In this document: positions 10,119 to 21,559 of the stretch, piece by piece
Numbering within the stretch: the stretch's first letter is position 1
How the letters are laid out: each line of letters begins with the position of its first letter
Assembly (NCBI GenBank): GCA_034431435.1
Contig: DAOUDG010000031.1
Span: 3,905-67,904, forward strand
DNA: 64,000 nt
Source: Anaerolineae bacterium
Lineage (GTDB): Bacteria; Chloroflexota; Anaerolineae; Epilineales; JAHCIE01
Direction of reading: 5' to 3'
The notes under the pieces: model-generated
Databases searched by the model: none
Told to the model about the DNA's origin: nothing
The model's input: the letters and a program-made list of their open reading frames with translations, nothing else
Position numbers and translations under genes: made by a program

Positions 10119-11362
10119 GCATCTTGGAATCCCTACAGATTGCGGTGGATGGGCTGGTAGCGAATAAGCTGCGCGCGATTCTGACCATGTTGGGCATTAT
10201 CATCGGCGTAGCGGCGGTCATCGTCATGCTGGGCATCGGGCGCGGCGCGCAGGCCAGCATCGAGGCGCAGATTCAGTCCAACGGCACGAACCTGTTGTAC
10301 GTGCGGCCGGGTTCGACACAGTCGAGCGGCGTGCGCCAGGCGCAAGGCTCAGCGGCGACGCTGACCTACGCCGACGCCCAGGCGCTGGCCGAGCCGGGCG
10401 CGGCCCCGGCGGTAAAGGCCGTCGCGCCGGAGTACAACGCCTTCGGCCAGGTGGTCTACCAGGGCACGAACAGCAACTCGCGGGTGACGGGCGTGACGCC
10501 GGAGTACTTGGACGTGCGCATCCTGAAGCTTGCCAGTGGCGACTTCATCGACGCGGCGGCGGTGAGCGCCAAGTCGACGGTGGCTGTGCTGGGCGCGAAT
10601 GTCGCCAAGACTCTGTTCGGAGACGCCGACCCTGTCGGCCAGAGCATTCGTATCAACAACGTGGCGTTCCAGGTCGTGGGCGTGCTGGCGGCGAAGGGCG
10701 GCACGGGCTTCGGCAGCCTCGACGACCAGGTGATGGTTCCCATCACCACGGCCCAGGCTCGCCTATCGGGTAGCGGCCAGTTCCGCGGCTCCAACAATAT
10801 CTCGACCATCAACGTCCAGATCGTAGACGCGGCCCAGAATGACGCGGCCATCCAGCAAGTGACGGCCATTCTGGAGGAACGCCATCGCACGACAGGCGAT
10901 AACAACGACTTCAGCGTCCTCAGCCAGCAGGACATCCTGGAGACGGCGACCACGACGACCGGCGTGTTCACCCTGTTCCTGGGCGCTATCGCGGGCATCT
11001 CGCTCCTCGTCGGCGGCATCGGCATCATGAATATCATGCTGGTCAGCGTGACCGAGCGCACCCGCGAGATCGGCCTGCGCAAGGCCGTGGGCGCGCGGCG
11101 CGGCGACATCCTGATGCAGTTCCTGGTGGAGGCAACGGTGCTCAGTGTGCTGGGCGGTCTCATCGGTGTGGGCATCGCCTTCGGCGTGGCGCGCCTCATC
11201 GGGGGCATGTCGGTGGGCAGCATCTCGCTCAACCCCACCATCGGCCTGGACTCGGTGTTGCTGGCGTCGCTGTTCTCCATCGGTGTCGGCCTCTTCTTCG
11301 GCGCGTACCCGGCCAACCGCGCCGCCGGGTTGAACCCCATTGAGGCGCTGCGCTACGAGTAG
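10115..11362 (+). CDS. ABC transporter permease, FtsX/MacB-type (4 TM with large periplasmic domain)
   Basis: ATGA overlap with the ATPase gene. N-terminal TM, ~230-aa periplasmic domain, C-terminal FtsX TM bundle ([27 protein letters not shown]). Confidence 0.85.
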   Translation: MSILESLQIAVDGLVANKLRAILTMLGIIIGVAAVIVMLGIGRGAQASIEAQIQSNGTNLLYVRPGSTQSSGVRQAQGSAATLTYADAQALAEPGAAPAVKAVAPEYNAFGQVVYQGTNSNSRVTGVTPEYLDVRILKLASGDFIDAAAVSAKSTVAVLGANVAKTLFGDADPVGQSIRINNVAFQVVGVLAAKGGTGFGSLDDQVMVPITTAQARLSGSGQFRGSNNISTINVQIVDAAQNDAAIQQVTAILEERHRTTGDNNDFSVLSQQDILETATTTTGVFTLFLGAIAGISLLVGGIGIMNIMLVSVTERTREIGLRKAVGARRGDILMQFLVEATVLSVLGGLIGVGIAFGVARLIGGMSVGSISLNPTIGLDSVLLASLFSIGVGLFFGAYPANRAAGLNPIEALRYE

Positions 11363-11799
11363 GGGGCAGAGAGATTGGAGGTTAGGGATTGGAGATTGGT
11401 TGCGGATGCGGAGCGTGGAGCATACACAGGGGGCGGCGTGGCCGATAAGGCGCGCCGCCCCGCTGCATGTCGGTCGTTCGCATCGCTGTGCCTGGGAATC
11501 CTGGCGCTCTACCCACCGCGAGGCCGACTGTTGTCGGCTACGGCGTCGTTCCCGCCTCGATGTTCCAACGGAAGTCGACGTGAATGGTGCCGAACGTCGA
11601 GAAGCGCGCCGTCGGCACGGCCACCGTTGTCGGGGCACACGCGGCCAGGCCGAAGCCGCTGGCCGCGACCCAGGCCAACGTTTGTCCGCGTTCGTCCGTG
11701 CCCCCCTTGTATCCCCGAGCACAGCCCAAGCCTCTCACCCTGGCTGGCCCCCTTCCCCCGTAGACAGGGGCAGACGGAAGGGGCAGAGGGGCCAGACCC

Positions 11800-13440
<1,641 letters not shown>

Positions 13441-13697
13441 CGTGCTTACCTCGTCGTGGGGTGATTGATGTGGCGACGGCGGCCCCTGTGGTTGCGCCGT
13501 GTCTGTCCTGATTATACCCTACGTTATCAGCATCGCCGGCCCTCTGGCAACGAAGATGTTGCCGAAGATCGGAGTCCAGTATATGCTCCCGCCAACGCCG
13601 CGTCAAAGCACGCGGCGCATCTTGATCCGATGGGCGTCGTTGGTTCGCTTGCGGCTCGCCACCACTGAGACTATACTCCTGCTCACAAGGAGGCGCT

Positions 13698-14525
13698 ATG
13701 ACCGAGACAACCCCTCCCCCGATGACCGTGGCCGAGTTCGCCGCCGCACTCGACCAGCACATCCGCCCCGCCACCTTCCCCATCGCCATCAAGATGCTTG
13801 CCTCTGGCGAGCCGCTGCCGCCCAAGACGCGCCGCCCAACGGAGATGGGCTTCCAGACGGCCATCTGCCAGGGCTTCGCCCTCGCCCGCCGCTACGGCTG
13901 GCCCATCGCCATCGGCATCGAGGACCTGTCATGCCCGCTGGCGAAGGCCGTGTTCGGCTTCGCTCCCCTGGTGGACTTCTACGAGCAGGGGCACGCCTGC
14001 GCCGGGATGTACACGGCGACGCCCGCCGCCGGGGCGATGACCGAAGCGGCGGTGGACAAGTTCCCCTATCGTCGCTATGAGCATATCGTGGTCGCGCCCA
14101 TCCAGCGCACGAACTTCGACCCCGACGTGATTCTGGTCTACGGGACGCCGGGGCAGGTGATGCGGCTGGTGACGGCGGCGCTGTGGAAGACAGGCGGGCG
14201 GCTGGCGGCGTCCTTCTCAGGGCGCATCGACTGCGCGGATGCGGTCATCACCACCATGCAGACGCAGCAGCCCCAGGTCGTGTTACCGTGCTACGGCGAC
14301 CGCGTCTTCGCCCAGACCGAAGACCACGAGATGGCCTTCGCCCTACCTGTGGCCGCCATGGCCGACATTGTGGAGGGTCTAGAGGGAACGCACAAGGGCG
14401 GCATCCGCTACCCCATCCCCAGCTTCCTGCGCTACACCGGCCAGTACCCCGACCACTACAACGTCCTCAACGACAAGCTCGACGACGCCCGCGCCGAGCA
14501 TCCTCAATCGGCGCGTGAAATCTGA
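13698..14525 (+). CDS. DUF169 domain protein
   Basis: 275 aa; family-typical conserved Cys/His pattern (CQGFA...CP...). RBS AGGAGG upstream. Confidence 0.6.
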   Translation: MTETTPPPMTVAEFAAALDQHIRPATFPIAIKMLASGEPLPPKTRRPTEMGFQTAICQGFALARRYGWPIAIGIEDLSCPLAKAVFGFAPLVDFYEQGHACAGMYTATPAAGAMTEAAVDKFPYRRYEHIVVAPIQRTNFDPDVILVYGTPGQVMRLVTAALWKTGGRLAASFSGRIDCADAVITTMQTQQPQVVLPCYGDRVFAQTEDHEMAFALPVAAMADIVEGLEGTHKGGIRYPIPSFLRYTGQYPDHYNVLNDKLDDARAEHPQSAREI

Positions 14526-16900
14526 CATAGATAGGCGCGGTGCGGGACGGAGCCGCTCACCGGGTCTATTTCGCCGTTGCCGATAATCATATTGAAGTTG
14601 GCTCCATCGGCGCTGAATGGGTCATAGCCCGGCGCACCGATGTCCGAGCAGGCCTGCCACCAGCCGTGCTGGCCGCAAACCACGTTGGGCTGAAGCGTGT
14701 CGTTGAGCCGCGCCCGCGCTCGCACGCTCCCGTCTGGCGTTTCAATGCGTACCCAGTCACCGGGCGCGACACCTCGTTCGGCGGCCGCGACCGGGTGTAG
14801 CTCGACCTCTGGGTCGAGCGCCAGGCGTCGCAGGCTTGGCAGCGCCCGCTGCTGCGTCTCACAGAACAGCGCGTGCTTGGCGCACGTCAGAATCAGCGGA
14901 AACCTCGCCACCAGGTCGGGCCGTGAGATAGGTCCCATGCGCGGCTCTTCATATTCTGGCAGGGGTGGATAGCCACCAGCCAGCAAGGTCTCTGAATATA
15001 ACTCGATTCTCCGGGTTGGCGTGGCGAAGCCCCTCGCGACCCCGTCAGTTCGCTCCGCGAACTTGCGGTAGCGCGTTTGAACCGGGGCGCGAACTCCGCT
15101 CGGGTTGGCGCGCAGCGCATCGAGCGCAATGCCGGAGGGTTGAAGCTGGTAGCGATAGGCGGCCTCGATGTTGCCGTCCCAGAAATGGTCACCGAGACCG
15201 AGGCGGCAGGCGAGGTCAAAGACAATCTCCACATCGCCGCGCGCCTCACCACGCGGCTCGACCACGCGCCGACGCAGCTGCACCAGCGCTTGCGCCTCCG
15301 GACTAATCTCGAAGCCGATCTTGAGCGCTTCGCGCTCGAAGGCGCTGGCGACGGGCAACACAATATCGGCTAGCTCGGCCGTAGGATTCATGAACAGGTC
15401 GGCGTGGACATAGAAGTCGAGGGCAATCAACGCCCGGCGCCCATGCCGGCTGTCCGCATGAGCCATCAGGAGGTTGGCGCCGAACCCCACCAGCCCGCGC
15501 ACCGGGTACGGCTTCTCTTTCAGGATGGCCCGATACATATCGTCCGTTGTGACGAACTGCCAGCGCGCAGGACCCAGGGGCCGCTCCAGCAGGCCCAGGC
15601 TGCGCGAGCGCAGCTCGGCAGGCAGAAGCTCCGCAGCCTGGACATTGGCCGTGGGGGCAGCCGCGAACAGCACATTGCCGCCCGGCGCATCGAGGCTCCC
15701 GGTCAGCGCGTAGAGTTGGGCAATCGCCCGCGCGATCTGGGTGGCGTTCGTCTGCATCTCGACGCCGCTCCACGCATAGTAGGCGACGGGTCGAGCGTGC
15801 CAGAGCATGCTGGCCGCGCTCTCGACTTGAGACGCATCAAGGCCACAAATCGCGGCCACCCGGTCGGGCGGATACTGACGGCAGTTGTCGGCCGTCAGGT
15901 CAAATACCGACCGGCACACGACGGTACCCTCAAGCGTCGAGATGGGGAAGCTGCCGAAGAGGGCCAGCTCGCCGGTATTGCCCTCATAGAGACCTGACGC
16001 CGGATCATACACGACGGGGCGCGCCGTGACCTCGTTCCAGGCAACGTAGCGGCGCTGGCTGCCGCCCGTCGCGAGGTCACTTTCCGTCAGCAAGCGCCCG
16101 TTGTCCGTCCGGACGAGCAGCGGGCCGTTCGTCCAGTCGCGAGTGAAGTCCACGTCATACCAACCCCGCTCGATCATCACGGCGGCGATGCCCAGCGCGA
16201 GCGCCGCATCGGTGCCCGGTCGCACCTGTAGCCAAAGGTCGGCTTTGTTCGCCGGCCCGGCGCGACGTGGGTCAACCACAATCAGGCGGGCGCCGCGCTT
16301 GAGCGCGCCTGTCGTGGCAACAGCATGCGCGATTCGCGCCAGGTTCGGGTTGTAGCCCCAGAACAGGATGCACCCGGCCCGTTCGAGATCAGGCATATAG
16401 TTACCCGGGACAGCGGCGCCAAACGTGTAGGCTGTGGCCAGGTATCGCCCCCACCCGCACAACTCCATTGCCACACAGAAGTTGGGTGACCCGAACGCAT
16501 TCTTCAGGCGCTCGATCCACACCTGCGCATCCGAGGAGGCCGATGTGGACGGCGAGACGCAACTGAACACGACGCTTTCCGGCCCATGCGTGGCGGCCAA
16601 CTGGCGCAGCCGGGTGGCGGTCATATTCAGCGCTTCGTCCCAACTAATCCGCTCCCACCCGGGATCTGGGTCGCCCTTAGGGTGGGTGCGCTTCATGGGA
16701 TACAGCAGCCGATCTGAGTGATAGACAAGCTCTGGCGCGGCCCGCCCCTTGGCGCACAAGGCTTTTCCCGTCGGGTGCGATGGATTCGGTTCCAGGGCGA
16801 TGAAGCGGCCGTTCTCGACAACAGCGATTGAGCCGCACCGCGAAACGCACAGAGCGCAGTAACAAGGAATCCGCTCACTGGCTTGTGTGTGGGCTACCAT
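14504..16900 (-). CDS. Molybdopterin-dependent oxidoreductase (MopB/DMSO-reductase superfamily), cytoplasmic type
   Basis: ATG at 16900 preceded by GGAGG (the ORF track start at 16915 is a GTG). N-terminal 4Fe-4S motif CYCALCVSRCG with no Tat signal; molybdopterin-binding domains throughout. Confidence 0.8.
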   Translation of the reverse strand: MVAHTQASERIPCYCALCVSRCGSIAVVENGRFIALEPNPSHPTGKALCAKGRAAPELVYHSDRLLYPMKRTHPKGDPDPGWERISWDEALNMTATRLRQLAATHGPESVVFSCVSPSTSASSDAQVWIERLKNAFGSPNFCVAMELCGWGRYLATAYTFGAAVPGNYMPDLERAGCILFWGYNPNLARIAHAVATTGALKRGARLIVVDPRRAGPANKADLWLQVRPGTDAALALGIAAVMIERGWYDVDFTRDWTNGPLLVRTDNGRLLTESDLATGGSQRRYVAWNEVTARPVVYDPASGLYEGNTGELALFGSFPISTLEGTVVCRSVFDLTADNCRQYPPDRVAAICGLDASQVESAASMLWHARPVAYYAWSGVEMQTNATQIARAIAQLYALTGSLDAPGGNVLFAAAPTANVQAAELLPAELRSRSLGLLERPLGPARWQFVTTDDMYRAILKEKPYPVRGLVGFGANLLMAHADSRHGRRALIALDFYVHADLFMNPTAELADIVLPVASAFEREALKIGFEISPEAQALVQLRRRVVEPRGEARGDVEIVFDLACRLGLGDHFWDGNIEAAYRYQLQPSGIALDALRANPSGVRAPVQTRYRKFAERTDGVARGFATPTRRIELYSETLLAGGYPPLPEYEEPRMGPISRPDLVARFPLILTCAKHALFCETQQRALPSLRRLALDPEVELHPVAAAERGVAPGDWVRIETPDGSVRARARLNDTLQPNVVCGQHGWWQACSDIGAPGYDPFSADGANFNMIIGNGEIDPVSGSVPHRAYLCQISRAD

Positions 16901-17136
16901 CTGATGCCTCCCCACTGACCGAAAGTATCACCAACGGCGCCGATTGTAGGGCCAGCAATCATACACCCAATGACATCGCCGTCAAGCAAGTTCAGCCTGC
17001 TGCTCGACCGTCCGACGCCACGCCCTAAAACTACTTGCATTCTGCAAGCAACTAGATTATAGATGTACCGGGCCGTGTCACACTACCCAGTTGGCGCGCT
17101 GCCGCGCCGATTCTGACGCCGGTCTTCCTCGCGCCC

Positions 17137-17364
17137 GTGCTGGCTGAAGCGCTGCTGGTCGTCCGCAGGCTGACGACGGCCGAAGGGTGGAACGACCGTC
17201 ATCGCCTCGCCCTCATCGTTGGAGCCAGTCTGGCGAGTATGCTGGGCGGCGTGATGGCAGTGGTGGCCGCGCCTCCGGCGGACCGGATCGGCAAGCTCGT
17301 GTTTGACGTCGTCGCCATCGTAGCCTTCGGCTATCTGGCCCGGCGCGTTCGGCAACGTACTTAG
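17137..17364 (+). CDS. Small two-TM membrane protein (hypothetical)
   Basis: GTG start, 75 aa, two hydrophobic helices, 15 nt upstream of the next gene. Weak evidence. Confidence 0.3.
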   Translation: MLAEALLVVRRLTTAEGWNDRHRLALIVGASLASMLGGVMAVVAAPPADRIGKLVFDVVAIVAFGYLARRVRQRT

Positions 17365-17379
17365 GAAGGGGTCTACCAC

Positions 17380-18240
17380 ATGCTCGCCTTCATCAAGGCC
17401 GTTCTATGGGCTATTTTCGCCCTCATTATCGCCGCGGCGGCTCTACTGGGTATCGGCCAGTGGACCTACAATCGACGGGTGAGCGCCGATGTCCGCGACT
17501 TCTTCGCCCGCCAATCCGGCGGCCAGGCGGCGGCCGACGTGGTCGTGAGTGAGGCCATGCTAGACAACCTGCCCGCGCCCATCCGCCGCTACCTGATCTA
17601 CAGTGGGGTCGTCGGTCAGCCCATCCCGCATACCGTGCGCCTCCACCAGGTAGGGCAGTTCCGCACCGCCCCCACCCAGCCCTGGCTGGACATCGCCGCC
17701 GACGAATACTACACCGTCGACGAGCCGGGCTTCATGTGGGACGCGACGTTCTACATGGCGGGTGTGCCCTTCATGCGCATCCGCGACAGGTACACCGATG
17801 GCGAGGGCAACATCCGCATGACGGTGTGGTCGCTGGTCCCGGCCATGGACAGGCGGAGCGCGGGGCTGAATCAGGGCGCGCTACTGCGCTACTTCAACGA
17901 GCTGGCGACGTGGTTCCCCGCCGCGCTGCTGAAGGACAACGTCACCTACCGCGCCATCGACGACGAGACTGCCGAGGTCATCTTCACCGATCGCGGGCAG
18001 AGCGTGTCCGCCATCCTCTACGTCGACGCCGAGGGTCGGCTGACCAACTTCATCGCCGATCGCTACCAGGATGGCGTCGACGAGTATCGGCGGTGGGCCA
18101 CGCCGCTAACGGTGTATGGCGAGCAGGCGGGACTGCGGCTGCCGCTACGCGGACGGGGGGTGTGGCTCAACCCCGAGGGCGATTTCGAATACATCAACCT
18201 CGAGATAACCGAGATTATCTACGACGACGCGAGGAGCTAA
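17380..18240 (+). CDS. N-terminally membrane-anchored hypothetical protein
   Basis: RBS GGAAGGGG. TM helix FIKAVLWAIFALIIAAAALLGI followed by a 250-aa soluble domain. No family recognised with confidence. Confidence 0.55.
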   Translation: MLAFIKAVLWAIFALIIAAAALLGIGQWTYNRRVSADVRDFFARQSGGQAAADVVVSEAMLDNLPAPIRRYLIYSGVVGQPIPHTVRLHQVGQFRTAPTQPWLDIAADEYYTVDEPGFMWDATFYMAGVPFMRIRDRYTDGEGNIRMTVWSLVPAMDRRSAGLNQGALLRYFNELATWFPAALLKDNVTYRAIDDETAEVIFTDRGQSVSAILYVDAEGRLTNFIADRYQDGVDEYRRWATPLTVYGEQAGLRLPLRGRGVWLNPEGDFEYINLEITEIIYDDARS

Positions 18241-18303
18241 CCTTGGCCGGGTGAAGGTTTCACCACGCAAGCGAAATGGGTCGATTTTGGAGCGCGCCAG
18301 TCA

Positions 18304-18332
18304 TTGACATGGCGCGCTTTGTGTCGTATACT
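18304..18332 (+). promoter_or_regulatory. Consensus sigma70/SigA-type promoter (TTGACA-17 nt-TATACT) in an AT-rich leader
   Basis: TTGACA at 18304..18309, 17-nt spacer, TATACT at 18327..18332, about 90 nt upstream of the regulator gene start at 18424. Short TGGTA/TACCA and TAAC repeats follow. Confidence 0.45.
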
Positions 18333-18423
18333 GCATCATGCCGCTTGTGGTAACGATAACATGGTAAGTGTACCAGTGTAGTCCTTTCATCGCCCTTCGC
18401 TTCGACGCCAGGACCTGGCCGCG

Positions 18424-20556
18424 ATGCCCACCATAAGCGATGTCGCGAAACGAGCCGGCGTAGCCCCCATCACCGTCTCGCGCGTTCTCAACGGCGCGGA
18501 GAACGTGAACCCCGCCACGCGGCACAAGGTCGAGCAGGCTATCCAGGACCTGGGGTATCTACCCAACCTGGCCGCCCGCAGCCTGCGCTCCGGCCAGACG
18601 CGCACCCTGGCCCTGCTAGTCCCCGATATCGGCAACCCCTTCTGGCCCATCGTCGCGCGCGGTATCGAAGACGCCGCGCAGAGCGAGGGCTACTCCATCT
18701 TCCTCTGCAACACCGACGAGAATCCCGCCAAGCAGTTGAACTATCTGCGCGCCGTGCTGCAGCAGCGCGTCGATGGCGTCATCCTTGCCCCCTGCGACCC
18801 CGACGCTCAGAGCCTCCAGCCGCTGCGCGAGCAAGGCACGCCCACTGTCATCATCGACCGCCGCGTCGATGGCTGGGATGTGGATTCCGTGGTCGCCGAC
18901 TCGGTGTCTGGCGCTCGCGCCCTGGTCCAGCACCTGCTAAACCTGGGGCATACCCGCATCGCCATCCTGACCGGCCCCCCCGGCGTGAGTACGGCTGAAG
19001 ACCGCGTGATCGGCTATCGGCTGGCGTTGCACGACGCGGGTCTTGAGGTCGATACGCGCCTCATTCGCTGGGGCGAGTATCGCATCGCCTCCGGCTCTCA
19101 GCAGGCTCAGGCCATTTTGGACGAGGGGCTGGCGCCCACCGCCATCTTCACCGCCAACCAGGCCATCGCCCTGGGCGCGCTGGATGCGCTGACGGCGCGT
19201 GGCCTGGACGTGCCACGCGATGTGGCCCTGGTCAGCTTCGACGACCTGCCCGACGTGGATCACCTGTTTCCATTCCTGACCGTCGTGGCGCAGTCGGCCT
19301 ACGACATGGGGCTGAATGCGGCGCAACTGCTGCTGAGCCGCATGAGCGCGGGTGTTGCCCTCGAGCCGCGCCACGTCGTGCTGCCTACGCGCCTGATCCT
19401 GCGCTACTCGTGCGGGCGCACACTCCGCACCAACGAGGCCGAGGGCTACCGTCTGGTGCGCCCGCGAGATGTCCCCGTGCAGTCGGTGCTGGTAAAGCCC
19501 CTGACGCCGGCTGAGCATGAACGAGCCGCCGCCCTGGTGCCCGAAACGGCGTGGTCCGGCCTGGCGCAGCGCAATGCCATGACCGATACGGATCGCTCCA
19601 GCGTCCGCCGCCTGCGTCGCGCGCTGCAACACCAGGCGACAGACCGCGTACCTTGCCTCGCCTACCCCATCGCCCAGCGCGCGCTGGTCGAATCCGTACT
19701 GGGCCGGAGCGCGCCGGCCGCCGTCAACGGCAGCGCGTCGTCGATTGCGCCCGGCGACCAGGTCGAGTTTGCCCAGCGCCTCGGCCTGGATGCGATAGGC
19801 TGCGACCTGACGTCTCACCTCGAGCCAGGCGCGACACGGGCCGATCTGGTCACACCACCGCGCCTGGCGGATCAACTCAGCCGGCTTGAGAACTATCTGC
19901 GCGCGGCACAACGTACCGAAGTGGGCGTTTTCGCCGAGCTTGGCGCGCATCTGCCCTCCGACGCAGGGGAGGCGCTGGCCGGACATGAGTGGCTCGACGT
20001 GGTATTGGCCCACCAGGAGAAGGTACTGCGTGCGGTGTGCGATCGCTTCGCCGCTGACCTCGTCTTTGTCATGCTCGACAGTACCGTCCTGGGACCGCAC
20101 CCACCAAGCATTCACGCCCCCTCTTTCGCCAACGAGATTCTGCCGCGCCTGCGCCGCCTGATTCAGCCGGCGCGCGAACACGGCCTGCCGGTCGGGCTGC
20201 GCGTGCGCGGGCCAATCGACGGCGACCTGGCGGCGGTGAGGGAAGCGGGCTTCGAGGTGCTTGCCCTCAGTGACGCCGACCTCGCGACATTGGCGGCCAT
20301 CAAGCGCACCTGGGGCGACACACTCACTCTGGTGGGCGGCGTGCCCACCGGCCTGCTGGTGACAGGATCGCGTGAGGCCATCGAGGCGCAGGTGCGTGAG
20401 GCCTGCCTGGCTCTGGGCGCTGGCGGCGGCTTCGTGCTCAGCCCATCCGACGGCGTGCCCGAAGCAGCGAGCGCCGACAATTTTGTGGCGCTCGTCCGCG
20501 CCGCGTGGCGCTGGGGGAGAGAGAGCAGCGACTCGGGGGTGGAGATTGGGAACTAG
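18424..20556 (+). CDS. LacI-family transcriptional regulator fused to a C-terminal UroD-like domain
   Basis: Single 710-aa ORF. Residues 1-~330: HTH (ISDVAKRAGVAPITVSRVLNG) plus periplasmic-binding-fold sugar sensor. Residues ~360-710: (beta/alpha)8 UroD/MtaA-like features (TDRVPCL..., ...FVLSPSDGVPE..., C-terminal FVALVRAAW). Confidence 0.7.
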   Translation: MPTISDVAKRAGVAPITVSRVLNGAENVNPATRHKVEQAIQDLGYLPNLAARSLRSGQTRTLALLVPDIGNPFWPIVARGIEDAAQSEGYSIFLCNTDENPAKQLNYLRAVLQQRVDGVILAPCDPDAQSLQPLREQGTPTVIIDRRVDGWDVDSVVADSVSGARALVQHLLNLGHTRIAILTGPPGVSTAEDRVIGYRLALHDAGLEVDTRLIRWGEYRIASGSQQAQAILDEGLAPTAIFTANQAIALGALDALTARGLDVPRDVALVSFDDLPDVDHLFPFLTVVAQSAYDMGLNAAQLLLSRMSAGVALEPRHVVLPTRLILRYSCGRTLRTNEAEGYRLVRPRDVPVQSVLVKPLTPAEHERAAALVPETAWSGLAQRNAMTDTDRSSVRRLRRALQHQATDRVPCLAYPIAQRALVESVLGRSAPAAVNGSASSIAPGDQVEFAQRLGLDAIGCDLTSHLEPGATRADLVTPPRLADQLSRLENYLRAAQRTEVGVFAELGAHLPSDAGEALAGHEWLDVVLAHQEKVLRAVCDRFAADLVFVMLDSTVLGPHPPSIHAPSFANEILPRLRRLIQPAREHGLPVGLRVRGPIDGDLAAVREAGFEVLALSDADLATLAAIKRTWGDTLTLVGGVPTGLLVTGSREAIEAQVREACLALGAGGGFVLSPSDGVPEAASADNFVALVRAAWRWGRESSDSGVEIGN

Positions 20557-20626
20557 CTCAATCTCATTCCCGCTCCCTCGGAACGGGTCAGAGGGTCAGG
20601 GTGGGGGTCTTCGCTCAGGAGGGGCT

Positions 20627-21559
20627 GTGAATTATCGAGCGTTGGGGAACACAGGCCTGGAGGTGTCGGCGCTGAGCTTTGGCGCATCGTCGTTAGGTAG
20701 CGTCTTCCGCGACATCGACGAAGCCGAGGGCATCCGCACTGTCCACGCCGCCATCGACCTGGGCATCAACCTCATCGATGTGTCGCCCTACTACGGTCTG
20801 ACGAAGGCCGAGACAGTGCTGGGCAAGGCGCTGCGCAGCCTACCGCGTGACCGCTACATCGTGGCGACGAAGGTCGGGCGCTACGGCGACGACGACTTCG
20901 ACTTCTCGGCGGCGCGAGTCACAGCCAGCGTTGATGAGAGCCTGGCGCGGTTGGGCAGCGACCATATCGACATCATCCAGTGCCACGATATCGAGTTCGG
21001 CTCGCTGGCCCAGGTGGTGGAGGAAACACTGCCCGCCCTGCGCCGCCTGCAAGAACAGGGCAAAGTGCGCCACGTAGGCGTGACCGGCCTGCCCCTGGGT
21101 ATCTTCACCTACGTCCTGGATCGCACACCCCTGGATACCATCCTGTCCTACTGCCATTATGAGTTGAATGACACCTCCCTGGCCGACATGCTGCCCTATC
21201 TCCAGGCTAAAGGCGTCGGCATCATCAACGCCTCCCCGTTGGGTATGGGGCTACTGACGGAGCGCGGCACGCCCACCTGGCACCCCGCGCCCGACGAGGT
21301 CAAGGCCGCCTGTGCCCAGGCGGCGGCCTACTGCCGGGCGCAGGGTGTCGACATTGCCCGGCTGGCCATCCAGTTTAGCGTCGCCAACCCCGATATCCCC
21401 ACCACGCTGGTGGGCACAGCCAGCCCGGCAAACCTGGAGAAGAACGTCCGCTGGAGCGAAGACCCGATGGACCTGGGCCTGCTGGCCGAGGTGCAGGCCA
21501 TTCTCGCGCCCATCCACAATCGTACCTGGCCCACCGGTCGCCCGGAGAACAACCCATGA
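20627..21559 (+). CDS. Aldo/keto reductase family oxidoreductase (L-galactose/L-fucose-dehydrogenase-like)
   Basis: GTG 20627 with GGAGG 5 nt upstream; start uncertain (the track ORF opens at 20372). AKR motifs ...[18 protein letters not shown]..., IDVSPYYG, catalytic-tetrad context. Confidence 0.75.
   Translation: MNYRALGNTGLEVSALSFGASSLGSVFRDIDEAEGIRTVHAAIDLGINLIDVSPYYGLTKAETVLGKALRSLPRDRYIVATKVGRYGDDDFDFSAARVTASVDESLARLGSDHIDIIQCHDIEFGSLAQVVEETLPALRRLQEQGKVRHVGVTGLPLGIFTYVLDRTPLDTILSYCHYELNDTSLADMLPYLQAKGVGIINASPLGMGLLTERGTPTWHPAPDEVKAACAQAAAYCRAQGVDIARLAIQFSVANPDIPTTLVGTASPANLEKNVRWSEDPMDLGLLAEVQAILAPIHNRTWPTGRPENNP

Noticed and set aside
11384-11412. Short direct repeats GATTGGAG / GATTGGAGA / ATTGG just after the ABC permease stop
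   Set aside because: Only 2-3 copies of an 8-mer, which is too short and too few to be a CRISPR array or meaningful tandem repeat. Probably chance or minor slippage.
18937-20181. 414-aa minus-strand ORF antisense to the LacI-UroD-like regulator gene
   Set aside because: Same shadow-ORF signature (R/A/G-rich, no domains). The sense strand has clear HTH and binding-fold motifs.
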